DNA of 64,000 bases from an uncultured Rhodospirillaceae bacterium (GCA_964551505.1 CAZKDH010000048.1:1947-65946); one strand, 5' to 3'. Shown: positions 44,847 to 53,861, counted from the first letter of the stretch. Made by a program: numbers and translations. Notes: generated by a model not told the origin, from the sequence alone.

Positions 44847-45749
44847 TCAGGCGAAGGCGAAATTGTCCTGGCCGCGGGTGCGGGCCGCGGACAGGGCTTC
44901 CGAGGCCCGGCTGATCAGCGCCTCCGGGCTGCCGGCGCTGGTCGGATAGAGGGCGATGCCAATACCGGTATTGATCCGCACCTCGCCCAGCCGGGTGGCG
45001 ATCGGCGCCGACAGTTCCTGGATGATCTTCTCGGCGACGATCTGGATGTCTTCGATCCGCGGCATGGATTCCGCCAGCACCGCGATCTGGTTCTGCTCGA
45101 AGCGCGCGATCACGTCGCTGCCGCGCAGCACGCTGCCGACCCGGCCGCTGAGGATCTGCACCACCCGGTCATAGTCCTCGAGGGCGGCGGCGGTGCGTGC
45201 CGGCAGGTTGTCGATCTCGATCAGCAGCACGCCGAAGAAGTCCTTGTTCCGCTTGGCGCGCCGCACCGCATGGCCGAGAATCTCCCAGAACAGCTGCTGG
45301 CTCGCCAGCCCGGTGACCGGGTCGAACAGGCGCAATTGTGCCAGCTTGGTTTCCGCCCGGCGGCAGGAGACGGCATAGCGCACGGCACGGCGGAGCAGTC
45401 CGGGCGTCAGGTCGCCGCGCGACAGCACCTCGACGGCGCCGGCATCCTTGGCCGCGCGCTCGACCTCGGCATCGTCGGTATCCGCCACCAGGATGACCGG
45501 GGATTGCAGCGACAGCTCGGCGATGCCGGCCACCGCCTCGTAGATCGCCACGCCGTGCCAGCCGCTGAGGTCGAAGACCACGGCGTCGATCCGGCGATTG
45601 CCCGAGGCCTGCAGCAGGTCGGTGATCGAGCCGACGTAATGCGCGACGATCGCCTCGTCCCGGGCATCGTCGCTAATTGCCTCGATGGCCCGGCCCACCG
45701 CCAGGTCGCTGGAGATGACGAAGAGGTCGATCGTTGAATTTATTGGCAT
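44847..45749 (-). CDS. Receiver-like domain plus degenerate GGDEF domain protein (active site lost, RxxD I-site retained)
   Basis: Real gene is the last 300 codons of the 1118-aa track ORF, from the ATG at 45747-45749. REC-like region: ..IDAVVFDLSGW..PVILVADT.. GGDEF fold: ..LFDPVTGLASQQLFWE...LLIEIDNL...LRGSDVIARFEQNQIAVLA.., where the GG(D/E)EF position reads EQNQI and RGSD sits five residues upstream. Confidence 0.8.
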   Translation of the reverse strand: MPINSTIDLFVISSDLAVGRAIEAISDDARDEAIVAHYVGSITDLLQASGNRRIDAVVFDLSGWHGVAIYEAVAGIAELSLQSPVILVADTDDAEVERAAKDAGAVEVLSRGDLTPGLLRRAVRYAVSCRRAETKLAQLRLFDPVTGLASQQLFWEILGHAVRRAKRNKDFFGVLLIEIDNLPARTAAALEDYDRVVQILSGRVGSVLRGSDVIARFEQNQIAVLAESMPRIEDIQIVAEKIIQELSAPIATRLGEVRINTGIGIALYPTSAGSPEALISRASEALSAARTRGQDNFAFA

Positions 45750-45795
45750 TTTTCCCCGACACCGGAATATCTTCCCCAAAGTCTGGCAGAGCCCT

Positions 45796-45812
45796 CTTAA
45801 CAAGATGTTAAG
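45796..45812. promoter_or_regulatory. Perfect palindrome CTTAACA-AGA-TGTTAAG in the divergent promoter region
   Basis: Read directly. It lies between the GGDEF-like gene (start 45749) and the histidine kinase gene (start 45906). Confidence 0.35.
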
Positions 45813-45838
45813 TACGGGCGCGTCAAATTTAGGTTCGG

Positions 45839-45868
45839 TCGGGGGATCAAGGGTCGGGGGACCAAGGG
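45839..45868. repeat. 15-bp direct tandem repeat TCGGGGGAYCAAGGG x2
   Basis: tcgggggatcaaggg tcgggggaccaaggg read directly, about 40 nt upstream of the kinase ATG. Confidence 0.6.
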
Positions 45869-45905
45869 CCGAGCGAGCGGGCAATGATGACAAGGCCAAA
45901 GACGC

Positions 45906-48296
45906 ATGCCGAGTTCTAAGCGAACGTCCGATCAGGTCGTCCGCATTGTCGACTGGCCGACGCAACTCGTCAGCACGTTGAACGATGCCGAGCGTGGCAT
46001 CGTCGCGGCGCTCGACCAGATGCGCGACGGCCTGCTCCTCATCGATACCCTGCGCGGCGGCCATCACGGCCTGTCCGGCGAACACGAACGGCCCGGCGCC
46101 GAGCGGCTGATCTATGTCAACGATGCCGCGCTGGAGATTCTCGGCCGCGCGGTGGCACCCGCCCAGGCCCGCCGCCTCGACGACCTGCTGGCCGCTCCGG
46201 TGGTCGAGGCCCTGCGCCGCAACAACCGCGATGGCCATAGCGGCGTCGTCGAGAGCGAACGCTACGTGATCTACGGCCCGCTCCGGATCAATGCCGGCAG
46301 CCAGGCCGTGCTGGTCATCCGCCGCCGCGAGCCGAATGCGGCCGAGGCCGCCCAGGTGCCGATCGCAGCTGGCTTCGACGACTGGCGCCAGCTGCTGCAG
46401 GCGATGGATGCGGTGCCGCACGGCTTCTGCCTGTTCGACGCCAACGACCGACTCGTCCTGTGCAACCGCGCCTATCTCGGCATGTCGCGCTTCCTGCCGG
46501 AGGACCAGGTGATCGGCCGCACCTTCGAGGACCTGGTGCGCCTCGCCTGCCGCCGCGGCACGATGGCGCCGGAGCACGGTTCGGAAGACGAATTCATCGC
46601 CGCCCGCCTGATCGCCCGCAACCGCCCCTATGGCGAGGCCGAGCAGCATCGCGGCGACGGCACCTGGCTCCGGGTCACCGAGACCCGCCTGCGCAATGGC
46701 AGCCTGGTCGGCATCTACACCGACATCACCGCGCAGAAGCGCTACGAGGCCGAGCTGATCGAGAAGCGCGAGCATTTCGAGGCGCTGCATCGCCGCACGC
46801 CGGCGATGATGCACACCGTCGACGCCAACCGGCGGATCATGTCGGTCAGCGACTACTGGCTGGACCGGCTGGGCTATTCCCGCGAGGAAGTGGTCGGGCG
46901 CAACAGCACCGAGTTCTTCGATCCCACCACCGTCGCCCGCGCCAATGCCGAGTTCTGGCCGCAGCTGATGAAAGCCGGCTCGGTGCGCGATCTTCCCTTC
47001 ACCATCATCGCCAAGTCCGGCGAGCGGGTGGATACGCTGCTCTCGGCCGTCGCCGAACGCGACGCCGCGGGCGAGACCGTCCGCGTCATCACCGTCATGG
47101 CCGATGTCGGCGCGCTCAATCGCACCGAGGCGAAGCTGCGCGAAAGCGAGCTGCGCTACCGCCTGCTGGCGGAATCCTCGCTGATCATCCCCTATACCTC
47201 GAACACCGCGCGCGAAGGCGTGCAGTATATCGGTCCGCGCATCGTCGATCTGCTGGGCTATCCCTCGGAGGACTGGCAGGATCCGGGCATGCTCCGCAGC
47301 GTCGTCCATCCCGAGGACATCGAGCGCGTGTTCGACCAGATCGATCACATGTTCGGCAAGCAGGGCCTGACCGAATCCATGGACTTCCAGCGCGAATACC
47401 GCCTGGTCGGCCGCGGCGACAAGGTCGTCTGGGTGAAGGATGTCAGCACCCTCGAGCCGGCGCCGGATGGCAGCATCGAGATCCGCGGCTTCCTGATCGA
47501 CATCACCGAGGGCAAGGTCCGCGAGCAGGTGCTGGCCTCGGAACGGGCCGAGATGCGCCGGCTGAAGAACGCCGCCGAGGCCGCCAACCGGGCGAAGTCG
47601 GATTTCCTCGCCAACATGAGCCACGAGCTGCGCACCCCGCTGAACGCGGTGATCGGCTTCGCCGAGGCGCTCGAGCACCGGCTGTTCGGCGACCTCAACC
47701 AGAAGCAGAGCGAGTACATCAACGACATCAAGACCGCGGGCGTGCACCTGCTGGCGATGATCAACGACATCTTGGACATGGCCAAGATCGAGGCCGGCCG
47801 GCAGGAATTGAACGAATCCGTTTTCGAGGTCGGCGACGTGATCGAGGGCAGCCTCCGCTTCATCGCCGAGCATTGCAAGCGCCGGCGCCTGACCCTGCGG
47901 CGCGCCCTGTCGCCGGACCTGCCGAATTTCCTCGGCGACGAGCGGGCGATCCGCCAGGTGCTGATCAACCTGCTCTCCAATGCCGCCAAGTTCACCCCGG
48001 AGGACGGCCAGGTCGGCATCTCGGCCAACGTCAACCCGGCCGGCGACCTCGAGATCTCCGTCGCCGACACCGGTGTTGGCATCGATCCGCGCCAGATCGG
48101 CACGGTGATGGAGCCCTTCCGCCAGGTGGCCAATGCGATGACCCGGCAGGTCCAGGGCACCGGCCTCGGCCTCAGCATCTCGCGCAGCATCGTCGAACTG
48201 CACGGCGGCACCATCGGCATCGTAAGCCAGCCCGGGCAGGGCACCGTGGTCACCGTCACCCTGCCGAAATCGCGCTTGGCAACGGCCCGCGCCTGA
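45906..48296 (+). CDS. Cytoplasmic multi-PAS sensor histidine kinase
   Basis: No TM segments. About four PAS/PAC modules (e.g. ..LFDANDRLVLCNRAY..GIYTDITAQK..; ..HTVDANRRIMSVSDYWLDRLGYSREEVVGR..). H-box SHELRTPLNAVIGF. N-box LINLLSNAAKF. G-boxes DTGVGI and GTGLGLSISR. Confidence 0.9.
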   Translation: MPSSKRTSDQVVRIVDWPTQLVSTLNDAERGIVAALDQMRDGLLLIDTLRGGHHGLSGEHERPGAERLIYVNDAALEILGRAVAPAQARRLDDLLAAPVVEALRRNNRDGHSGVVESERYVIYGPLRINAGSQAVLVIRRREPNAAEAAQVPIAAGFDDWRQLLQAMDAVPHGFCLFDANDRLVLCNRAYLGMSRFLPEDQVIGRTFEDLVRLACRRGTMAPEHGSEDEFIAARLIARNRPYGEAEQHRGDGTWLRVTETRLRNGSLVGIYTDITAQKRYEAELIEKREHFEALHRRTPAMMHTVDANRRIMSVSDYWLDRLGYSREEVVGRNSTEFFDPTTVARANAEFWPQLMKAGSVRDLPFTIIAKSGERVDTLLSAVAERDAAGETVRVITVMADVGALNRTEAKLRESELRYRLLAESSLIIPYTSNTAREGVQYIGPRIVDLLGYPSEDWQDPGMLRSVVHPEDIERVFDQIDHMFGKQGLTESMDFQREYRLVGRGDKVVWVKDVSTLEPAPDGSIEIRGFLIDITEGKVREQVLASERAEMRRLKNAAEAANRAKSDFLANMSHELRTPLNAVIGFAEALEHRLFGDLNQKQSEYINDIKTAGVHLLAMINDILDMAKIEAGRQELNESVFEVGDVIEGSLRFIAEHCKRRRLTLRRALSPDLPNFLGDERAIRQVLINLLSNAAKFTPEDGQVGISANVNPAGDLEISVADTGVGIDPRQIGTVMEPFRQVANAMTRQVQGTGLGLSISRSIVELHGGTIGIVSQPGQGTVVTVTLPKSRLATARA

Positions 48297-48310
48297 ACTA
48301 GACCGGCGCC

Positions 48311-49183
48311 ATGACGGCGCCCGATTCCCTGCGCAGGATCTTCGCGGATATTCCGCAGCTCGCCGACCTGCCCTTCGAGGCCTGGCGGACAGCGCCGCTC
48401 GGCGGCCTCACCAACCGAAGCCTGCGGGTGAGCGCCGGCAAGCTCGATTACGTGCTGCGCCTTCCCGGCCCGGCGGCGGCCGGATACCTCTCGCGCAGCG
48501 CCGAGCTCCACAATGCCCGCCTGGCGGCCGAGCTCGGCCTGTCGCCACCCGTTGTCTTCGCCGACGCGGCGCGCGGCATCATGCTGCTGGCCTTCCTGCC
48601 GGGCTCCCGCCACCTTACCGCCGAGGACCTGCGCGCGCCCGCCCTCGTCGCGGGCGTGGCGGCGGTGCTGGCCCGGCTGCACGGCTCGGGCCTGCGCTTC
48701 GAAAGTACGATGGCGGCCTTTCCGATCATCGACCGCTACCTGGCGATCGGTGCGGACGCGCGGCTGCAGCGGCTGCGGCAGGCGGCCGAGCCGCTGCGCG
48801 CCGCGCTGGACCGCGACCCGATGCCGGCGGTGCCCAGCCATATCGATCCCAATCCAGCCAATTTCCTGCGCGGCGCCGATGGGCGGCTGCTGCTCATCGA
48901 CTGGGAATTCTCGGCGATGTGCGAGCCGGTCTGGGACCTCGCGGGCATCGCCATCGAGGGCCGCCTCGACCCGGCGGCCGAGGATCTGCTGCTGATCGCC
49001 TACGAACGCGGCGGCACGGCGATCCCGCGCCTGCGCTATCGCCGGCTGAAGGCCGCGCTGCACCTGGTGGCGGCCAGCTGGGCCAAGGCGGAACTGGCCA
49101 GCGATCCGCATCGCCCGGAAATCGAAGCGGTGATGGAGCAGCGTTGCGCCGCCTTCGAAGCGGCACTGGAGTCCGGGATCTAG
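48311..49183 (+). CDS. Choline/ethanolamine-kinase-fold phosphotransferase (APH superfamily)
   Basis: ..LGGLTNRSLRV...Brenner motif SHIDPNPANFL and LLLIDWEFSAM.. are typical of choline and thiamine kinase-like enzymes. Confidence 0.8.
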   Translation: MTAPDSLRRIFADIPQLADLPFEAWRTAPLGGLTNRSLRVSAGKLDYVLRLPGPAAAGYLSRSAELHNARLAAELGLSPPVVFADAARGIMLLAFLPGSRHLTAEDLRAPALVAGVAAVLARLHGSGLRFESTMAAFPIIDRYLAIGADARLQRLRQAAEPLRAALDRDPMPAVPSHIDPNPANFLRGADGRLLLIDWEFSAMCEPVWDLAGIAIEGRLDPAAEDLLLIAYERGGTAIPRLRYRRLKAALHLVAASWAKAELASDPHRPEIEAVMEQRCAAFEAALESGI

Positions 49184-50292
49184 GCGGCCGGCAGCTCCGC
49201 GGGCAGCGAGACCTCGAGGAGTTCCAGGCCGGCTTCGGCCTCGAGCGCATAGGCGGAACCGGCCGGGATCACGCAGCTGTCGCCGGCCTGGAGGCGATGC
49301 GCGCCGAGCCCGTCGCCCTGCAGGCCCATGCCCCCGGCGAGAACGAAGAAGAACAGGAACTCGCCCCGATGGGCGGGCGCCGCGGCCTTCGCCGGGGTGC
49401 CGGGCAGGGGACGCGCCACCTTGACGCCGGCCAGCCCGCCGGTGGCGGCGGCGATGCCGATGTCCCGAGCCTCGAACCCGCCGAGGCGCCAGGGCAGCCA
49501 TTCCGCCTTTGCCGCGATGTGGCGGACGAACCTCTGGCCGCCGAAGCTCCGGTCCGGCAGGAGATGCGGCGTCGGCAGGGAGAGGTTGTGGTCGGCGAAG
49601 GTCTCGTGCACCGCCGGGCAGCCGATTTCGATCACTTCGAGGCCGGCCGAGGCCTCGAGCACCCGGTGCCGGATCTCCGGCGGCTGCAGGACGCAGTCGC
49701 CGGCAGTGAGGAGGAAGGGCTCGCCCTGGTCCTCGTAGACCAGCCGCGCCCAGCCGGTCTTGCAGTAGATCATCTGGAAGCGGATTTTGTGGAAGTGCAC
49801 GTAGTCGGGGACCGGTCCGCCCTCCGGGATGCGGATATGCGAGGCGACGAACCGCCCGCCGAGCCGGCTCGGGATGAGGTCGCGGTACTGCATGCCCGCC
49901 CGCCCGACGCCCCAGGCGTCGGTGCCGCCCATGCGGCAGAGGACGAATTCCTGCCGGCCCTCGGGAAGCTCGAGCCGCGAGATGGCATCCACCAGCCGGA
50001 TGCGCATCCCGCCCGGCGCCACCAGGTCCCGCGGCGCGTCCTGGGGCAGGGTCGCGAGGTCGCAGAGCAGATGCAGTTCGGTCGGCGCCGCGGCCGTGGT
50101 CTGGGCGGATTCCTTGGCCGATTCCAGGCGCAGGGTGAGGCCATGGCCGGAAATCACCGCCAGCGACGGCGCATCGGCCGGCATGATCAGATTGACCTTG
50201 AAGCCGAGCTGCCCGGTGAAGAAGGCCAGGGTCGCCGCGAGATCGGGGCAGGGCAGGACGACCTGGGCGAGACGGATGTGGCGGCCGAGCAT
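49180..50292 (-). CDS. Glyoxalase/VOC-like N-domain plus two cupin domains
   Basis: ..VVLPCPDLAATLAFFTGQLGFKV.. is VOC-like. The two cupin barrels are ..HFHKIRFQMIYCKTGWARLVYEDQGEPFLLTAGDCVLQPPEIRHRV.. and ..EFLFFFVLAGGMGLQGDG..HRLQAGDSCVIPAGSAYAL... Start ATG at 50290-50292. Confidence 0.7.
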   Translation of the reverse strand: MLGRHIRLAQVVLPCPDLAATLAFFTGQLGFKVNLIMPADAPSLAVISGHGLTLRLESAKESAQTTAAAPTELHLLCDLATLPQDAPRDLVAPGGMRIRLVDAISRLELPEGRQEFVLCRMGGTDAWGVGRAGMQYRDLIPSRLGGRFVASHIRIPEGGPVPDYVHFHKIRFQMIYCKTGWARLVYEDQGEPFLLTAGDCVLQPPEIRHRVLEASAGLEVIEIGCPAVHETFADHNLSLPTPHLLPDRSFGGQRFVRHIAAKAEWLPWRLGGFEARDIGIAAATGGLAGVKVARPLPGTPAKAAAPAHRGEFLFFFVLAGGMGLQGDGLGAHRLQAGDSCVIPAGSAYALEAEAGLELLEVSLPAELPAA

Positions 50293-50420
50293 GCTGTGTA
50301 TTCCGTCCGGATCGTCGCGGGAAATTCGGACCCGCAAGATGGCATCTGCCGGCCATGACTGGCAACTCCTTGGGGGAGCCACCCCGGCCTTGACATTCCT
50401 CTGATTTCCGGCAAGTTTCG

Positions 50421-50520
50421 CCTCACTCGACGGGGTGCCCTCGCCAGGGGCTGAGAGATGCGGATGACGCGTCAACCCGATGAACCTGATCCGGGTCATG
50501 CCGGCGGAGGGATATGAGTC
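50421..50520 (+). promoter_or_regulatory. TPP (THI-box) riboswitch
   Basis: Conserved core read directly: CGGGGTGCCC....GGCTGAGAG....ACCCGATGAACCTGATCCGGGTCATGCCGGCGGAGGGA. Compare E. coli thiM: CGGGGUGCCC..GCUGAGAAA..ACCUGAUCUGGAUAAUGCCAGCGUAGGGA. It sits directly upstream of thiB. Confidence 0.9.
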
Positions 50521-50579
50521 AGCGAAAAATCATCGCCGTCCTCTCATCCCTTCCGAAACGTTTTGGAGGAGGGGCGTCG

Positions 50580-51581
50580 ATGCGTTTCCTGTTGGGGCTG
50601 GTCGTGGCGATCGCCGCGCTGGCCGGCGTCTCCGCCCAGGCCGAGACGCCGAAGCTGACGATCTACACCTACAATTCCTTCACCTCCGAATGGGGGCCGG
50701 GGCCGATCGTGACGCCCCTGTTCGAGGCGCGCTGCGGCTGCCGGATCGAATGGGTGGCGCTGGAGGACGGCGCCGCCTTGCTCTCGCGGCTGCAACTCGA
50801 AGGCGAGAAGACCGCGGCGGATCTGGTCCTCGGCCTCGACACCAATCTGACGGCGGAGGCGGCGGCGACCGGGCTCTTCGTGCCGCACGGCCTCGATCTC
50901 GCGAGGCTGACGCTGCCGATCGCCTGGACCGATGCGGATTTCGTGCCCTTCGACTACGGCTATTTCGCCTTCGTCTATGACAGCGCGACCCTGAAATCGC
51001 CGCCGAAGAGCTTCGCCGAACTGGCGGCGCCGGGGGCGGAGCCGAAACTGCTGCTGCAGGACCCGCGCACCAGCACGCCGGGCCTGGGGCTGCTGCTCTG
51101 GGTGAAGCAGATCTACGGCGACAAGGCGGCGGATGCTTGGCGCAGCCTGGCGCCGAAGATCCTCACGGTCAGCAAGGGCTGGAGCGAATCCTACGGCCTG
51201 TTCCAGAAGGGCGAGGCGCCGATCGTGCTCTCCTACACCACCTCGCCGGCCTATCACCTGATGGTCGACAAGACCGATCGTTACAAGACCCTGGATTTCC
51301 CGGAGGGGAACTATCTCCAGGTCGAGGTGGCCGGAATGCTGAAAACCTCGGCGCATCAGGGTATTGCCCGGCAGTTCCTGGACTTCATGGTCTCGCCCGA
51401 ATTCCAGAAGGCGATCCCCACCACCAACTGGATGTTTCCGGTGACCGACATCGGCACCGATCTCCCGCCGGTCTTCCGCGACCTGCCGAAGCCGGCGAAG
51501 ACGCTGCTCTATGCGCCGGAAGAGGTTGCCGCCCACCGACAGGCCTGGATCCGGGAATGGCTGGATATCGTCAGCCGCTGA
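50580..51581 (+). CDS. thiB: Thiamine ABC transporter substrate-binding protein
   Basis: Signal peptide MRFLLGLVVAIAALAGVSAQA, then ..KLTIYTYNSFTSEWGPGP..FDYGYFAFVYD..LQDPRTSTPGLGLLLW..SYTTSPAYH.. typical of TbpA/ThiB. GGAGGAGGGG lies 5 nt before this ATG. The track's 50514 ATG lies inside the riboswitch P1/3' region with only 3 nt of SD spacing. Confidence 0.9.
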   Translation: MRFLLGLVVAIAALAGVSAQAETPKLTIYTYNSFTSEWGPGPIVTPLFEARCGCRIEWVALEDGAALLSRLQLEGEKTAADLVLGLDTNLTAEAAATGLFVPHGLDLARLTLPIAWTDADFVPFDYGYFAFVYDSATLKSPPKSFAELAAPGAEPKLLLQDPRTSTPGLGLLLWVKQIYGDKAADAWRSLAPKILTVSKGWSESYGLFQKGEAPIVLSYTTSPAYHLMVDKTDRYKTLDFPEGNYLQVEVAGMLKTSAHQGIARQFLDFMVSPEFQKAIPTTNWMFPVTDIGTDLPPVFRDLPKPAKTLLYAPEEVAAHRQAWIREWLDIVSR

Positions 51582-53173
51582 GCCGCGGCGAGATCCTCGG
51601 CGCTGCCCTGGCGGTCCTGGTGATTGCCGCGGCGGCGGCACTGTTCGTGGCGCTGCTGTCCGGCGGGCCGGCGACCCTGCTGGGCGACCTGCTGGCCGAA
51701 CCCTACCTGCGGCGGGTGCTGGCCTTCACCCTGGTCCAGGCCGGCCTCTCGGCGCTGCTCTCGGTGGGATTGGCCGTCCCGGTCGCCCGGGCCCTGGCGC
51801 GGCAGTCGGCCTTCCCGGGTCGCCGGGCGCTGCTGCGGGTCTGCGCGCTGCCGCTGGTGATGCCGGCCATCGTCGCCATCTTCGGCATCGTCGCGGTCTA
51901 CGGCCGCTTCGGCTACCTGGCCGACACTATGGGCGCTCTCGGCAGCGGCTGGCGGCCCTCGATCTACGGCCTGCCGGGCATATTGCTGGCGCATGCCTTC
52001 TTCAACCTGCCCTTCGCCATCCGCCTGCTGCTGCCGGCCTGGGCGACGGTGCCGCCCGAGGCCTGGCGCCTCTCGGCCCAGCTCGGCATGAGCTCGGGCC
52101 AGATCTTCCGGCTGATCGAGGCGCCGCTGCTGCGCCAGAACCTGCCGGCGGTCTTCGCCCTGGTCTTCATGCTCTGCTTCCTGAGCTTTGCCGTGGTGCT
52201 GACCCTGGGCGGCGGGCCGCGGGCGACGACGCTGGAGGTCGCGATCTATCAGGCGGTGCGCTTCGACTTCGACCTGCCGCGGGCCGGGGCCATCGCTTTG
52301 CTGCAGATCGCCTGCTGCCTGGCACTCGCGACCGGCGCCTGGCTCTGCGCCCGAAGGCTCGATCTCGGCCGCAGCCAGCGGATCGAGAGCCGCCGCTTCG
52401 ACGGGCAAAGCGGGGCGGCGCGCGTCCTGGATTTCGCCGCCATCCTGCTCGCGACCGTCTTCATCCTGGCCCCGCTGCTGGCCCTGGCGGGCGATGGAAT
52501 GCGTGGGATTTTTGCTGCAGGTTCAATTCATTGGCCGAATATCCTGCGTGCCAGCCTGATCACCGTCGCCCTCGGCCTCGCGGCCGGCCTCCTGGCCGTG
52601 GGGCTCGGCTATCCGATGGCGATGGGCGCCGACCGGCTGCGCCGCCGGGCCCGCGGGGCGGGGCCCGCGGCCCTGGTCAGGGCGGCGGGCTTCGCCGGCC
52701 TGGTGATCTCGCCGATGGCCCTCGGCGCCGGCATCCAGCTGGCGGCGCGGGGACGGCTCGATCTCTTCGCCCTGGCGCCGGTCGGGGTCGTCGTGATGAA
52801 CGGGTTCCTGGCGCTGCCCTTCGTCCTCGGCGCCCTGGCGCCAGCCGTCGCCCGGGCGAACGACCAGCACGACCGCCTCTGCCTCGGCCTCGGCATCCGG
52901 GGCTGGCACCGCTTCTTCACCGTCGACGGACCGGCGCTGCGCCGGCCGATTGCCGGCGCCCTGGCGCTCGCCGCCACCATCAGCATGGGCGATCTCGCGG
53001 CGATCTCGCTGTTCGGCAACCAGGACCTCACCAACCTCACCCTGGTCCTCTACGGCCAGCTCGCCGCCTACCGCCTGGACCAGGCGTCGGTGACGGCGGT
53101 CATCCTGCTGGCGCTCTGCCTCGCCGTCTTCGCGGCGATCGAACGGGGAGTGGGCGGCCGTGGCGTTGCTTGA
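51557..53173 (+). CDS. thiP: Thiamine ABC transporter permease (duplicated 2x6 TM)
   Basis: 538 aa with two permease halves (..GLPGILLAHAFFNLPFAIRLL.. and ..VVVMNGFLALPFVLGAL..). Overlaps the thiB end by 25 nt. Confidence 0.9.
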   Translation: MAGYRQPLSRGEILGAALAVLVIAAAAALFVALLSGGPATLLGDLLAEPYLRRVLAFTLVQAGLSALLSVGLAVPVARALARQSAFPGRRALLRVCALPLVMPAIVAIFGIVAVYGRFGYLADTMGALGSGWRPSIYGLPGILLAHAFFNLPFAIRLLLPAWATVPPEAWRLSAQLGMSSGQIFRLIEAPLLRQNLPAVFALVFMLCFLSFAVVLTLGGGPRATTLEVAIYQAVRFDFDLPRAGAIALLQIACCLALATGAWLCARRLDLGRSQRIESRRFDGQSGAARVLDFAAILLATVFILAPLLALAGDGMRGIFAAGSIHWPNILRASLITVALGLAAGLLAVGLGYPMAMGADRLRRRARGAGPAALVRAAGFAGLVISPMALGAGIQLAARGRLDLFALAPVGVVVMNGFLALPFVLGALAPAVARANDQHDRLCLGLGIRGWHRFFTVDGPALRRPIAGALALAATISMGDLAAISLFGNQDLTNLTLVLYGQLAAYRLDQASVTAVILLALCLAVFAAIERGVGGRGVA

Positions 53174-53861
53174 GATCCGCAACCTGGGCTTCCGCTACGA
53201 AGACATGGCGATGCATTTCGACCTGTCGGTCGTCGCCGGCGAATGCGTCGCGGTGATCGGGCCGAGCGGGGCGGGGAAGAGCACGCTGCTGGCCCTGATC
53301 GGCGGCTTCGAGACGCCGACCGGCGGGGAGCTCCTGGTGGACGGCAAGGACATCAGCGGCCTCGCCCCGGCGGCGCGGCCGGTGACGACGCTGTTCCAGG
53401 ACCACAACCTGTTCGCCCATCTCAGCGTCGCTGCCAATGTCGGGCTCGGTCTCCATCCCGGCCTGCGGCTCACCGCCGAGGACCGGCGGCAGGTGGCGGC
53501 GGCCTTGGCGCAGGTCGGACTGACCGGCTTCGAGGAGCGCCTGCCGGGCCAGCTTTCGGGCGGCGAGCGCCAGCGGGTGGCGATCGCCCGCAGCCTCATC
53601 CGCCACCGGCCGATCCTGCTGCTCGACGAGCCCTTCGCGGCCCTGGGACCGGCCCTGCGCAACGAGATGCTGGACCTGGTCGACGCCCTCCGCCGCGCCC
53701 AGGGGATGACGGTGCTGATGGTCACCCACGACCCCAGGGACGCCAGCCGCATCGCCGCGCGCACCGCCTTCGTGGCGGAGGGCGCGGTGGCGCTGGTCGA
53801 TGCCACGCCCCGGGTGATGGCGGCGGATCTGCCGGTGATCCGCGCCTATCTCGGCACCTAG
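53160..53861 (+). CDS. thiQ: Thiamine ABC transporter ATP-binding protein
   Basis: GTG start. [38 protein letters not shown]. Overlaps the thiP end. Confidence 0.9.
   Translation: MALLEIRNLGFRYEDMAMHFDLSVVAGECVAVIGPSGAGKSTLLALIGGFETPTGGELLVDGKDISGLAPAARPVTTLFQDHNLFAHLSVAANVGLGLHPGLRLTAEDRRQVAAALAQVGLTGFEERLPGQLSGGERQRVAIARSLIRHRPILLLDEPFAALGPALRNEMLDLVDALRRAQGMTVLMVTHDPRDASRIAARTAFVAEGAVALVDATPRVMAADLPVIRAYLGT

Noticed and set aside
47345-50365. 1006-aa minus-strand ORF, and the N-terminal 818 codons of ORF 44847..48203
   Set aside because: These run antisense to the PAS histidine kinase, the kinase-fold gene and the cupin gene, with low-complexity Arg/Pro/Gly composition. Only the last 300 codons of 44847..48203 (from ATG 45749) form a real REC-GGDEF-like protein.
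50514-50579. Track start codon (ATG 50514) for thiB
   Set aside because: The ATG lies within the 3' strand region of the riboswitch. Its only SD is the conserved GGAGGGA of the aptamer, at 3-nt spacing, and it adds 22 residues in front of an otherwise canonical signal peptide. ATG 50580 has GGAGGAGGGG at 5-nt spacing.
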